64,000 nt of DNA from Clostridia bacterium (GTDB lineage: Bacteria > Bacillota > Peptococcia > DRI-13 > UBA5745). The translations under genes and the position numbers were made by a program. The notes under the pieces were generated by a model. The model worked only from the letters and a program-made list of their open reading frames with translations. It searched no databases and was not told the DNA's origin. Numbering within the stretch: the stretch's first letter is position 1; every line of letters begins with the position of its first letter. Positions 18,710-27,194 of this stretch are shown here, one piece after another. The stretch spans positions 22,784-86,783 of the forward strand of contig JAHDPO010000029.1 of assembly GCA_018434325.1 (NCBI GenBank), in the 5' to 3' direction.

Positions 18710-20725
18710 TCAAGTTATTTTAACATCGATAGTATTGTCGTTCAGCGTGGTGGCTTCCCCTATATCCGACAGCCTTTCGTGGTGCAGCGCATTGACCAGC
18801 AGGCCCCGGGGCGAGGCGGCAGTAGTATAGATGCCGACAGCGGCGGCGGCGCCTTTGGCTACTTTATCCGTAACCCGGGCAATGAAGCCTACTTCCGCCA
18901 GGTCGTTGAAGGCGGTGATGCTATCGCAATCCGAAATGCCCCGGTCGGCGGCGTCCTCGGGATGGAGGGCCAGGGTCATCAGGCCCCGCTGCCGCAGCAG
19001 CTCCGGCCGCTCCAAAAAAATCGAGTTCAAGGTATGGCTGCTGGGAACGGCTACAAGACGCAGCGGGTATGGGCCGCCGTGGCTTTCAAAATAATAAGGC
19101 AGGGGCTTAGCCAAGTCCTCGTTGATGATCTGGATTTTGCCGCTTTTCGTTTGCCAATTCAGATGATCGGCAAAGGGCATGTCAATGACGGCGCCCTGCC
19201 GCAAGGCGGCCCGGTCATTGTCGTCTATGGCGGCCAATGCCGGCAGGGGATGAGCTAAAAGCTCCTCCAGCATTTCTTCTTCTGTCCGCTGAAAGTAATC
19301 TTCCTGATAGCCCATGACCTTGGCCAGGAGACGGAAGGTGTCCCAATTGCTTTTGCAGCTGCCGGGGGGCGGGATGACTTTCGGGGCAACGCCGAAAGTG
19401 CAGTAACCGTAAGAATTATAGCAATCGGCCTGCTCCACCGAAAAGGTAGCCGGCAGTATAACATCGGCATATCTGGCGGTATCCGTCATAAAGCGCTCAT
19501 GAACCACGGTAAAGATATCCGGCCGCAATAGACCTTTAATGATGCCGGTCTGATTGCTGACGGAGCCTACGGGATTGCCGCCGTAAACGAAAAGGCTTTT
19601 AACAGGGGGCTGGCCGTCTGAGCCGGTCAGGGCCGAGGCCAGCTGATTGATGTTCACCCTGCGGGAGGAGTTGGTGCGGAAATCGGGACGGCTAATGCGC
19701 TGAATATCCACGTACTGGCCGTTGCCGGGATTGCAGCCGCAAAGGCCGCCGCCGGGACGCTGCCAGGCGCCGGTAAAGGCAGAAAGGATGGTAATGAGCC
19801 GGACGGTCATACCGCCGTTGCCATACCTGGAATTGCCGCTGCCAAGTATGATGGCGGGAGCTTGGGCGGCGGCGTATTCTCTGGCCAGATTAACGATAGA
19901 GGCGGCGGGAATGCCGGTGACGCCTTCTGCCCAAGCGGCCGTGTAGTGATGCAGGGAGTCCTTGAATTCTGCAAAACCCAAGCTATGCTTGAGCAGGAAA
20001 GGCTCGTCGGCTAAGCCTTCTTTCGTGAGGATATGCATCAGGGCCAGGGCCAGAGCGCCGTCGGTGCCCGGCTTAATCAGGAGGCTCTCATCGCAGTGGG
20101 GAGCCATGTCTTCGCTCCAGGTTTCAATGAGCACCGCTTTCTTGCCCGCCTGCCGGCCCTTGATGATTTCAGGCAGAGCTTGGATGCGGGTGGCCTTCAT
20201 ATTGCAGCCCCAAATGAGGTAATAATCACTGTCCTTCAGCTCCCGGGGGTCCAGGCAGCCGGTTTTACCCATAACGGCTTCATAGCCGGCTTGCTTGGCT
20301 GAGGAGCAAAGGGTTTTCACCAGTCGGCAGGCCCCCATGCGGTTAAAAAAGGCGTCGCCGCAATTGCGCTGAATCAGGCTCATGACGCCGGAATAATACA
20401 TAGGCAAGATTGCCTGAGGGCCGTCCTCAGCGATGATCCTGAGCCAATTATCCCTGATCTCGTTGATTGCTTCTTCCCAGGAGATGGGCGCAAAAAGGCC
20501 TGCTCCTTTGGCTCCCTGACGCTTTAACGGCGTCATTATACGGTCGGCCGCCTGAATAGACTTCTCATAACGGCGCATTTTACGGCAAATCAGGCCTTTG
20601 GTGACAGGATGATCTGGATCGCCGTCAATGTGAAAGACGGTTTGGCCGTCGGTCTCCGCCAATAGTCCGCAGGAGGTGGGGCAATCGTAGGGGCAAATAG
20701 TTTTTTTTATCTCCATTTTTGGCAT
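18710..20725 (-). CDS. Cytoplasmic molybdopterin (MopB-superfamily) oxidoreductase, substrate unknown
   Basis: 671 aa. N-terminal 4Fe-4S motif CPYDCPTSCGL...C, then molybdopterin oxidoreductase and C-terminal molybdopterin dinucleotide-binding-like regions. No Tat or signal peptide. Confidence 0.85.
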   Translation of the reverse strand: MPKMEIKKTICPYDCPTSCGLLAETDGQTVFHIDGDPDHPVTKGLICRKMRRYEKSIQAADRIMTPLKRQGAKGAGLFAPISWEEAINEIRDNWLRIIAEDGPQAILPMYYSGVMSLIQRNCGDAFFNRMGACRLVKTLCSSAKQAGYEAVMGKTGCLDPRELKDSDYYLIWGCNMKATRIQALPEIIKGRQAGKKAVLIETWSEDMAPHCDESLLIKPGTDGALALALMHILTKEGLADEPFLLKHSLGFAEFKDSLHHYTAAWAEGVTGIPAASIVNLAREYAAAQAPAIILGSGNSRYGNGGMTVRLITILSAFTGAWQRPGGGLCGCNPGNGQYVDIQRISRPDFRTNSSRRVNINQLASALTGSDGQPPVKSLFVYGGNPVGSVSNQTGIIKGLLRPDIFTVVHERFMTDTARYADVILPATFSVEQADCYNSYGYCTFGVAPKVIPPPGSCKSNWDTFRLLAKVMGYQEDYFQRTEEEMLEELLAHPLPALAAIDDNDRAALRQGAVIDMPFADHLNWQTKSGKIQIINEDLAKPLPYYFESHGGPYPLRLVAVPSSHTLNSIFLERPELLRQRGLMTLALHPEDAADRGISDCDSITAFNDLAEVGFIARVTDKVAKGAAAAVGIYTTAASPRGLLVNALHHERLSDIGEATTLNDNTIDVKIT

Positions 20726-20832
20726 AAGCAGATCCTTTCTTGACCTTTGCCGGTAAAAGTATATAGTTGTATTATAACAAAGGCGTTAGTATTCACAACT
20801 GTTTAAATAACGTAAAGAAAGGAACGACAATT

Positions 20833-21222
20833 ATGCAGATTTATTATTTTACCCGTTCCGGCAGGAGCCAAAAGATCGCCGGCGAGCTGGCGGCCCGCTA
20901 CGGTGTTCAGGCGGAGCAAATCAAGGACGGTAAGGATTGGCAAGGTATCGGCGGCTACATTAAAGCCTGTTATGTGGCCATAAAAGGCCAATCTCTGCCC
21001 GGCGTTTATAAAATACCCGGCGAGGATAGCCCTATTGCCTTGGTTTTTCCCATTTGGGCGGGAACCTTTCCCCCGGTAGTCCGGCAGTTCATTAGCGCAG
21101 TGGGCAGAGAAAGGATCATCTGCATTCCCACATCCGGAGGCAGCAAGCTGAAAGACCGCGGCGGCTTTAGCAAAGTCATCGATCTTGTGGGCGCCAATAT
21201 TGCGGCGCCGGCGGAGCTGTAA
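20833..21222 (+). CDS. Flavodoxin-like protein
   Basis: MQIYYFTRSGRSQKIAGELA N-terminus is typical of short flavodoxin-fold proteins. ATG 20833 was chosen over the upstream TTG. Confidence 0.55.
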   Translation: MQIYYFTRSGRSQKIAGELAARYGVQAEQIKDGKDWQGIGGYIKACYVAIKGQSLPGVYKIPGEDSPIALVFPIWAGTFPPVVRQFISAVGRERIICIPTSGGSKLKDRGGFSKVIDLVGANIAAPAEL

Positions 21223-21290
21223 CGAGGCAGTCTGAAGCACTTCCTGCATGCGTTATAAAGGCGTACAGCTGCGGGGGATTGAGGGAGCTC

Positions 21291-21866
21291 CTACTTCACG
21301 GTTAATTCCGTTGCCGCCAAACGATAATATTCCCTATCTGATTCTTCGTAGATCTGCAGAGCGCCTACGACTTCGATCATGAATCCTTCTTCGGGATAAT
21401 CCTGGGGGTAGGCGTGATCACCCTGCCAGATAAACTCAATCCCCTGCTGGCAGCAGGCTAAAGCATCCTCAATGATAACGAAATGGTAGGCGCTTTCCGT
21501 TGTTTCGTCATAGAAGCAAGAGTAAAGCCCTGCCATTTTTATGGTTTTGTCCATATATTCCTCGGGGCGCTCCATCATGCTGAAGACCTCGGAATAAACC
21601 ATGATACTGCTTAACTGGGTCAAATCCAAATCGATGGCGGAGCCGGCAGCGGCCGGCTGGTTTTCTGCGGCGGCGCCCCCGGCAGCGGCGTCTCCGGCGG
21701 CAGTGCCTCCGGTGACAGTATCCCCTGCGGCCGTGTTTCCGGGGACAGTTTCTCCGGCGGCGTCCCCGGCGGTGCTTTTCTCCGCCGCGCTTTCCGATGT
21801 TGCGCAGCCGCCTAAAAGGCCAATGAGCAGCAACAAAACAAGAATTGACCAAAAAGGTTTTTTCAT
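21291..21866 (-). CDS. Lipoprotein of unknown function (low-complexity Ala/Gly/Thr linker plus conserved-looking ~110-aa C-terminal domain), last gene of the zinc operon
   Basis: Lipobox LLGGC. The start overlaps the znuB stop by 4 nt. C-terminal domain contains ALACCQQGIEF. Confidence 0.75.
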   Translation of the reverse strand: MKKPFWSILVLLLLIGLLGGCATSESAAEKSTAGDAAGETVPGNTAAGDTVTGGTAAGDAAAGGAAAENQPAAAGSAIDLDLTQLSSIMVYSEVFSMMERPEEYMDKTIKMAGLYSCFYDETTESAYHFVIIEDALACCQQGIEFIWQGDHAYPQDYPEEGFMIEVVGALQIYEESDREYYRLAATELTVK

Positions 21867-22714
21867 AAGCGTCCTCCAGTCAGCCGGCCGATTATGCTGA
21901 ACATTCCAAAGGTGGCAATATCTACGGCTACGATAGTAGCGCCCACGGGCGTACCGGCCAGGATGGCAATGAGGATGCCTAAAGCCGTGCAGACAACAGA
22001 AATTACCACGGAGCAGAGGGTGACGGACTTGAAGCTTTTGAATACCCGCATAGCCGATAAGGCGGGGCAGATGACTAAAGCGGAGATCAAAAGAGAGCCG
22101 ACTAAATTCATGGCCAAAACGATGATAACGGCGATAACCACGGCGATAAGCAAGTTGTAGATATTCGCTTTGATTCCTGTGGCCTTGGCAAAGGTTTCAT
22201 CAAAGGTGACGGCAAATATCTGGCGGTAAAACAAAAGAAAAACAGCGATGACCACCAAAGACATGCCGATGCACAGCCATACTTCCGTCATGGTCAGAGT
22301 AAGGATAGCGGTGGAGCCGAACAAAGTGGCGCAGACGTCGCCGGCTAAATTGGCGGAGGCAGAGAAGAGGTTCAGCAGCAGATAACCGATGGCCAGGGAG
22401 CCTACGGAGAGCAGGGCTATTGCCGCATCGCCTTTGATTTTTGTATGCTGCCCGGTGGCCAGCAGCAGGATACCGCATAAAACCGTTACGGGAACCACCA
22501 GCAGCATATTATTGGACAGATTCAAAATGGTGGCGATGGCTATGGCGCCGAAGGCCACATGGGATAAGCCGTCGCCGATAAAGGAAAAGCGCTTTAGCAC
22601 CAGGGTGACTCCCAGCAGGGAGGAAGAGAGGGATATTAATACGCCTACGATCAAGGCGTAGCGGACAAAAGGGAATTGAAAGTAAAGGGACAGTTTTTCG
22701 ATGATCATCTGCAT
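21863..22714 (-). CDS. znuB: Metal (zinc/manganese-type) ABC transporter permease
   Basis: ABC-3 family polytopic membrane protein. ATG 22714 overlaps the znuC stop (TGATG) and follows AGGAGG. Confidence 0.85.
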   Translation of the reverse strand: MQMIIEKLSLYFQFPFVRYALIVGVLISLSSSLLGVTLVLKRFSFIGDGLSHVAFGAIAIATILNLSNNMLLVVPVTVLCGILLLATGQHTKIKGDAAIALLSVGSLAIGYLLLNLFSASANLAGDVCATLFGSTAILTLTMTEVWLCIGMSLVVIAVFLLFYRQIFAVTFDETFAKATGIKANIYNLLIAVVIAVIIVLAMNLVGSLLISALVICPALSAMRVFKSFKSVTLCSVVISVVCTALGILIAILAGTPVGATIVAVDIATFGMFSIIGRLTGGRL

Positions 22715-23430
22715 CAGGCCTCCTCTCCTTTTGCCAGGCAGAAAGCCTTGCCCAGGTCGCTGGCGACGTAATCGGCTTTTTTGCCGCAAAACAAAGGCTT
22801 CTGATGGCCGATATGCAGGATGTGGCTGGCATATTTGGCAGCGGCGGCGATATCGTGGGAAATCATGATAACGGTGATGCCGTCGTTGGCGTTGATCTTC
22901 TCAATTAATTGATACATATCGGCGGTGGCTTTCGGGTCCAGGCCGGCTACCGGCTCGTCAAGGAGCAGCAGCTTGCGGGTGGCGCATAAGGCTCTGGCCA
23001 GCAAAACCCTCTGCTGTTGTCCGCCGGAAAGCTCCCGGTAGCAGCGCTTAGCCAGATTGGCAATGCCTAATTTCTCCATGTTGGCGAAAGCCAGCCGTTT
23101 TTCTGCCTGGTTATAGAATGGCCCCAGGCCGGAGCGGTTCAGGCAGCCCGACAGCACCACTTCTTTAACAGAGGCGGGAAAATCTTTTTGCACCTCCGTT
23201 TGCTGAGGGAGATAACCGATTTCGTTTTGTTTAAGGCCGTCGCCGGTCAGGATCTGCCCTTTGACAGGGGGCATCAGCTTTAGCAAGGTCTTGATCAGCG
23301 TGCTTTTGCCTGATCCGTTTTCTCCTACAATACACAGGTAATCGCCGGGGTCTACGGAGAAAGATAGATCCTCAACAACCTTTTTCCCTTCATAACCAAG
23401 GGCAAGATCCTGACAGGTCAGCAGAGCCAT
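22714..23430 (-). CDS. znuC: Metal ABC transporter ATP-binding protein
   Basis: Walker A GENGSGKST, signature LSGGQQQR and Walker B LLLLDEP. Confidence 0.88.
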   Translation of the reverse strand: MALLTCQDLALGYEGKKVVEDLSFSVDPGDYLCIVGENGSGKSTLIKTLLKLMPPVKGQILTGDGLKQNEIGYLPQQTEVQKDFPASVKEVVLSGCLNRSGLGPFYNQAEKRLAFANMEKLGIANLAKRCYRELSGGQQQRVLLARALCATRKLLLLDEPVAGLDPKATADMYQLIEKINANDGITVIMISHDIAAAAKYASHILHIGHQKPLFCGKKADYVASDLGKAFCLAKGEEA

Positions 23431-23484
23431 GTACGGCCTCCTTATGTTAAGACGAAATGTTAGGACAAATAGTAAAATAAAATG

Positions 23485-24489
23485 TTAGGACAAAGCCTCT
23501 TTCAGCACTTCAAGGTTGCTTTCCATTACGGAAAGGTAAGTAGTGCCTGAGGAAATGCCGGCGGCGGAAACAGATTGCAGGGAATCCAGAACCAGGACGT
23601 TTTGCCCTTTATCCTTGGTGTTTTGAATGATGGTTTTGGCAATGGATTGATCTGAGGTCTCAACCACCATAACGTTCTTCAGGGTCAGCTCATCGGTTTT
23701 GCCGGCCAGAAATACGATGGTTTCAAAGCTGGCTTCTGTTTCCGCCGAGCAGCCGGAGAAAGCCGCAAAATAATCCAGGCCGTAATCATCGACTAAATAG
23801 CGGAAGGGGAAGCGGTCGCCAAAGAGCAGAGTGTGATAGGCCGCGCCTTTGACTACTTCGGCGTAGGCGCTGTCCAAAGCCTTGAGCTTGCCGATGTATT
23901 CGGCGGCGTTTGCCTGATAGACGGCTTGGTTTTGCTCATCCAGCCGGCTCAGTTGATCGGAAATGTAGGAGGTGAGGGTCTGGGCATGTTTCAGAGAAAG
24001 CCAGACATGCTCATCCAGTTCTTCCTCGTGCTCATGGTCGTGGTCATGATCGTCTTCATCCCCGTGATCGTGATCATGCTCCATGCCTTCCTTGATCTCC
24101 TCCGTTTTAACCCCGTCGCCCAAGACCTCTAAAAGGTTAATAACGATCATATCCTTATTGGTGGCAACTTTTAAAGCATCCTCTACCCAGTCGTCGGAAG
24201 GGCCGCCCACATAAATAAACATGTCGCAGGTTGAGATCTTGACCATATCCTCGGCGGTGGGCTGGTAGCTATGCAAATCGATGCCGTCATCAAGGAGCAG
24301 TGTTAAATTAAAATCTGCGGCTTTGCCACCCCCAATTTCCCGCAGCCAGTCATAAGGAGGGAAAACGGTCGAGACGACGCTTAGTTTTTGGCTGCTGACC
24401 TGTGCAGGTTGTACAGGCTGGCTGCCGCAGGATGTAACCATCAGAGCTATCATCAATATTGCCAGTAAAGCGGCGATAGTTTTTTTCAT
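23485..24489 (-). CDS. znuA: Zinc ABC transporter substrate-binding lipoprotein with His/Asp/Glu-rich loop
   Basis: Lipobox VTSCG. Cluster-9 SBP fold strings. The loop MEHDHDHGDEDDHDHDHEHEEE is typical of ZnuA/AdcA. Confidence 0.88.
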   Translation of the reverse strand: MKKTIAALLAILMIALMVTSCGSQPVQPAQVSSQKLSVVSTVFPPYDWLREIGGGKAADFNLTLLLDDGIDLHSYQPTAEDMVKISTCDMFIYVGGPSDDWVEDALKVATNKDMIVINLLEVLGDGVKTEEIKEGMEHDHDHGDEDDHDHDHEHEEELDEHVWLSLKHAQTLTSYISDQLSRLDEQNQAVYQANAAEYIGKLKALDSAYAEVVKGAAYHTLLFGDRFPFRYLVDDYGLDYFAAFSGCSAETEASFETIVFLAGKTDELTLKNVMVVETSDQSIAKTIIQNTKDKGQNVLVLDSLQSVSAAGISSGTTYLSVMESNLEVLKEALS

Positions 24490-24563
24490 GAATCAATAAA
24501 CCTCCATAGGCAAATGTATTGAAATAAGGTTCAGACCGAAAGAATCCCTTGCCCACGGATCGT

Positions 24564-24851
24564 TCAGATGGTCAACCGCACTTTTAATGAGACCAGAGTA
24601 TCCTTGCGGCCGGCGCCAAACCGTCTTTTAAGGAGAGGGCAGGCAGAGACGGCGACAGAGAGCAAAAAGGCTGCAATGACGGCTAAAATAATGCCGTTCA
24701 GCAGGGAGAAAGAGGCTCTCAGCTCCAGGCAGATGTGGCAATCCCGGCCGGAGCAATGGTGATCGGCTGCCTCGGCGATCAGCTTGAAGGAGGAAGCCAT
24801 GGCAAAGCAAAGCAAAAGGCAAAGCAGCAAAGCGATGATTTTTTTATTCAT
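24564..24851 (-). CDS. Small membrane protein with HHCSGRDCHIC motif (unknown function)
   Basis: 95 aa, with an N-terminal signal/TM segment, an exposed Cys/His motif, a second TM segment and a basic tail. Sits between zur and znuA on the same strand. Confidence 0.6.
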   Translation of the reverse strand: MNKKIIALLLCLLLCFAMASSFKLIAEAADHHCSGRDCHICLELRASFSLLNGIILAVIAAFLLSVAVSACPLLKRRFGAGRKDTLVSLKVRLTI

Positions 24852-24869
24852 GATCTTCCTCCTTCCGTT

Positions 24870-25274
24870 TTAGGTACAATCCCGGCATGAACCGTAAAGT
24901 ATGGTTTTTTGCTTATTAATACGAAAAGCGTTATTGCTCATAGCAAAGGCCAGTATGCTGTCCATAGCTTGATCATCCATATGGAAAATCTGGCCGCATT
25001 TTTCACATTTTAAATGGAGATGCCGGCTGCAATCACTGCCGCCGATATATTGATAAAGGAAGCGGCGGCTGCCCTCTACCGGAAAGCGCTGCAGACAGCC
25101 TTCAGCCACCATGTCGCTGATATTGCGATAGATGGAGCTGATACTGATGTTAATGCTGATGTCTTCTGTCCGGCATAATTGCTCGGCAATTTGCTCAACG
25201 GAAAACTGTTGATCCTGATGCTCCTGAAAAAAAGAGAGCAGCAGCTTTCTTTGTGCGGTAATGTATTTTTTCAA
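24870..25274 (-). CDS. zur: Fur-family metalloregulator, probably Zur
   Basis: Winged-helix N-terminus, then HLHLKCEKCGQIFH and CRDC (two CxxC pairs). First gene of the zinc-uptake operon. Confidence 0.75.
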   Translation of the reverse strand: MKKYITAQRKLLLSFFQEHQDQQFSVEQIAEQLCRTEDISINISISSIYRNISDMVAEGCLQRFPVEGSRRFLYQYIGGSDCSRHLHLKCEKCGQIFHMDDQAMDSILAFAMSNNAFRINKQKTILYGSCRDCT

Positions 25275-25289
25275 GAAAACAACCTCCTA

Positions 25290-25310
25290 ATTTGCGAGTA
25301 ATTCGCAAAT
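25290..25310. promoter_or_regulatory. Perfect 8-5-8 palindrome ATTTGCGA-gtaat-TCGCAAAT, candidate Zur operator
   Basis: Read directly. It lies 16 nt upstream of the zur start codon. Confidence 0.6.
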
Positions 25311-25428
25311 CTTAATTACTATACCACTTGAAGGAAGCGTTTGTCAAATAAAACCAGAATCATTGTGGAAAGGTCAACTCTGCGGTATAATATCAGCATA
25401 GGGAACACATGAAAGGAGGTCTGTCAAT

Positions 25429-26019
25429 ATGATACTCAGCCAACCCCAACGCTATAGCTATGCCGACATGCTGGCGGATAATACCGAGGCCCAATACGAG
25501 ATCATCAGTGGCGAGATCGTAATGATGGCGCCGCCTTCTACCCGGCATCAAGAAATCAGCTTTGAGCTTTCCGGCCAGTTTTACAACCAGCTTAAGGGGA
25601 GAAATTGCCAGGCCTTTGCCGCGCCCTTTGCTGTCCGTTTGTTTGAGGGTGCGCAGGATAAGCCGGATGATATCGATACTATCGTGCAGCCTGATATAAC
25701 GGTCATTTGTGATAAAAACAAAATTGATGGTAAAGGTTGCAAAGGGGCGCCGGACATGGTTGTGGAGATACTTTCACCGTCGACCCGCCGTTATGATATG
25801 TTTACCAAGCTCAATTTGTACGCCAGGGCTGGTATTAAGGAATATTGGATTATTAGCCCTGAGCAGGAAACGGTGCAGCTTTATGTTCTCAAAGGCGAGC
25901 ATTATGTGATCACCAATGTAGCTGAAGGCGGACCGGTGGAAAGCCAGACCGTTACTGGCTGCATCATTGACTTTGACTTGGTTTTCCCCAAGGCCAACTC
26001 AGCAGATGCTGAGCGTTGA
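25429..26019 (+). CDS. Uma2-family (DUF820) endonuclease-fold protein
   Basis: Conserved PD-(D/E)xK-like core PDITVICD...APDMVVEILSPST...KLNLYARAGIKEYWI. Confidence 0.8.
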   Translation: MILSQPQRYSYADMLADNTEAQYEIISGEIVMMAPPSTRHQEISFELSGQFYNQLKGRNCQAFAAPFAVRLFEGAQDKPDDIDTIVQPDITVICDKNKIDGKGCKGAPDMVVEILSPSTRRYDMFTKLNLYARAGIKEYWIISPEQETVQLYVLKGEHYVITNVAEGGPVESQTVTGCIIDFDLVFPKANSADAER

Positions 26020-26034
26020 TAAGTTTTGCACCGC

Positions 26035-26076
26035 AAAAGAGGTGCTGTCCCAATTAAGGGGCAGCACCTCTTTTGT
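26035..26076 (+). terminator. Rho-independent terminator
   Basis: AAAGAGGTGCTGTCCC-loop-GGGGCAGCACCTCTTT followed by TG. Confidence 0.75.
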
Positions 26077-26110
26077 GGCGCACCTACAAGGAGCCGCGCC
26101 CAAAGGATTT

Positions 26111-26251
26111 TGCTCAAAATTGCAAGTTTAAAGTGTGCTGTTCCTTCGGAATAGCGCGCGCCTTCTGTCTGCAACACTAAATACAGCCAAATATAGCCGA
26201 ATACAGCTAATAGCTGATGTCCTGACACCGCTAAACCTGTAATTTTGCGCA
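26111..26251 (+). repeat. MITE-like element, copy 2
   Basis: TGCTCAAAATTGCAAGTTTAAAGTGT...ACACCGCTAAACCTGTAATTTTGCGCA, with the internal ACACTAAATACAGCCAAATATAGCC module. Confidence 0.85.
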
Positions 26252-26307
26252 TTTTTCATATCAGCGCATTTTTCAACTGCCTGGGCGCCCGCCGGCCCGG
26301 CTCCGTG

Positions 26308-27150
26308 CTATTTGTGGGAAAGAAAAGTGCCGGCCTCCAGCTCCGCAAAAGCCTGGTGCAGCTCCTCCCGGGTATTCATCACGATGGGCCCGCCCCAGGA
26401 GACGCTTTCGCCCAGAGGCTTGGCGGAATGAAAAAGGAAGCGCAGCTTTTGGCCTTGGGGAGCGGCTGCCGTTATGTAGTCTCCGGCGCCAAAGAGCACG
26501 GCGGTTTTTTCGGCAATTGCTTCTCCGGCCGCCAGGCCGTCCCCTTCGATCAAAAAGATGAACACCGTTTCATCTTTTTTGGTATCCAGGCGGATGGAGG
26601 CTCCCTCGGCCAGCTCCACGTCGTAATAGGTGGCCTGGATATAGGGGGGAGTGACGCCTTTGACCCCTTTATACTCGCCGGCAATGACGTGGATGGTCGC
26701 TCCTGCTTCTGCCGTCAGGCCGATCATGTCTTCGGTGATGTCAAAATAATGGGGCTCTGTCATCTTGTCTTTGGCCGGCAGGTTCAGCCAAAGCTGGGTG
26801 CCCAGCATGCGCTGCGAGGGCTGGGGCATTTCCTGATGCAGGATACCGCTGCCGGCGGTCATCCATTGGCTTTGGCCGGACAGGATAACGCCGGCGTTGC
26901 CCAGGCTGTCCTGGTGGTCGATGCGGCCTTCGATCAGGTAGGTTATGGTCTCGATGCCCCTGTGGGGATGGGTGGGAAAGCCGGCAATATAGTCGGCGGG
27001 ATTTTTTGAGTCGAAGGAATCCAGCATCAGAAAAGGATCGAATGCCTGTATCGTATCCTTGCTTAAAACCCGGGTCAAGTGAACGCCGGCTCCGTCCGTC
27101 GTTTTTTTACCTTGCACTTTTTGTATGATTTTTCGTTCCATTGTTTCCAT
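26308..27150 (-). CDS. Pirin-family protein
   Basis: HPHRGIETITYLIEG cupin motif. ATG 27150 follows GGGAGGTG. Confidence 0.88.
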   Translation of the reverse strand: METMERKIIQKVQGKKTTDGAGVHLTRVLSKDTIQAFDPFLMLDSFDSKNPADYIAGFPTHPHRGIETITYLIEGRIDHQDSLGNAGVILSGQSQWMTAGSGILHQEMPQPSQRMLGTQLWLNLPAKDKMTEPHYFDITEDMIGLTAEAGATIHVIAGEYKGVKGVTPPYIQATYYDVELAEGASIRLDTKKDETVFIFLIEGDGLAAGEAIAEKTAVLFGAGDYITAAAPQGQKLRFLFHSAKPLGESVSWGGPIVMNTREELHQAFAELEAGTFLSHK

Positions 27151-27194
27151 TGTTACACCTCCCGCTTTAATCATATCGGCACTTCTGCAATTTT

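Noticed and set aside
18710-20725. Possible selenocysteine (in-frame TGA) in the molybdopterin oxidoreductase
   Set aside because: The ORF is uninterrupted from ATG to stop, and no TGA read-through is needed to obtain a full-length MopB protein.
26245-27009. 254-aa plus-strand ORF opposite pirin. Similar cases: 18653..19258 opposite the molybdoenzyme, 6075..6806 opposite ftsW, 40825..41580 and 41584..42252 opposite the MCP, and 59011..59589 opposite the M20 hydrolase
   Set aside because: These are shadow ORFs antisense to genes with strong family signatures. Some also run through MITE copies.
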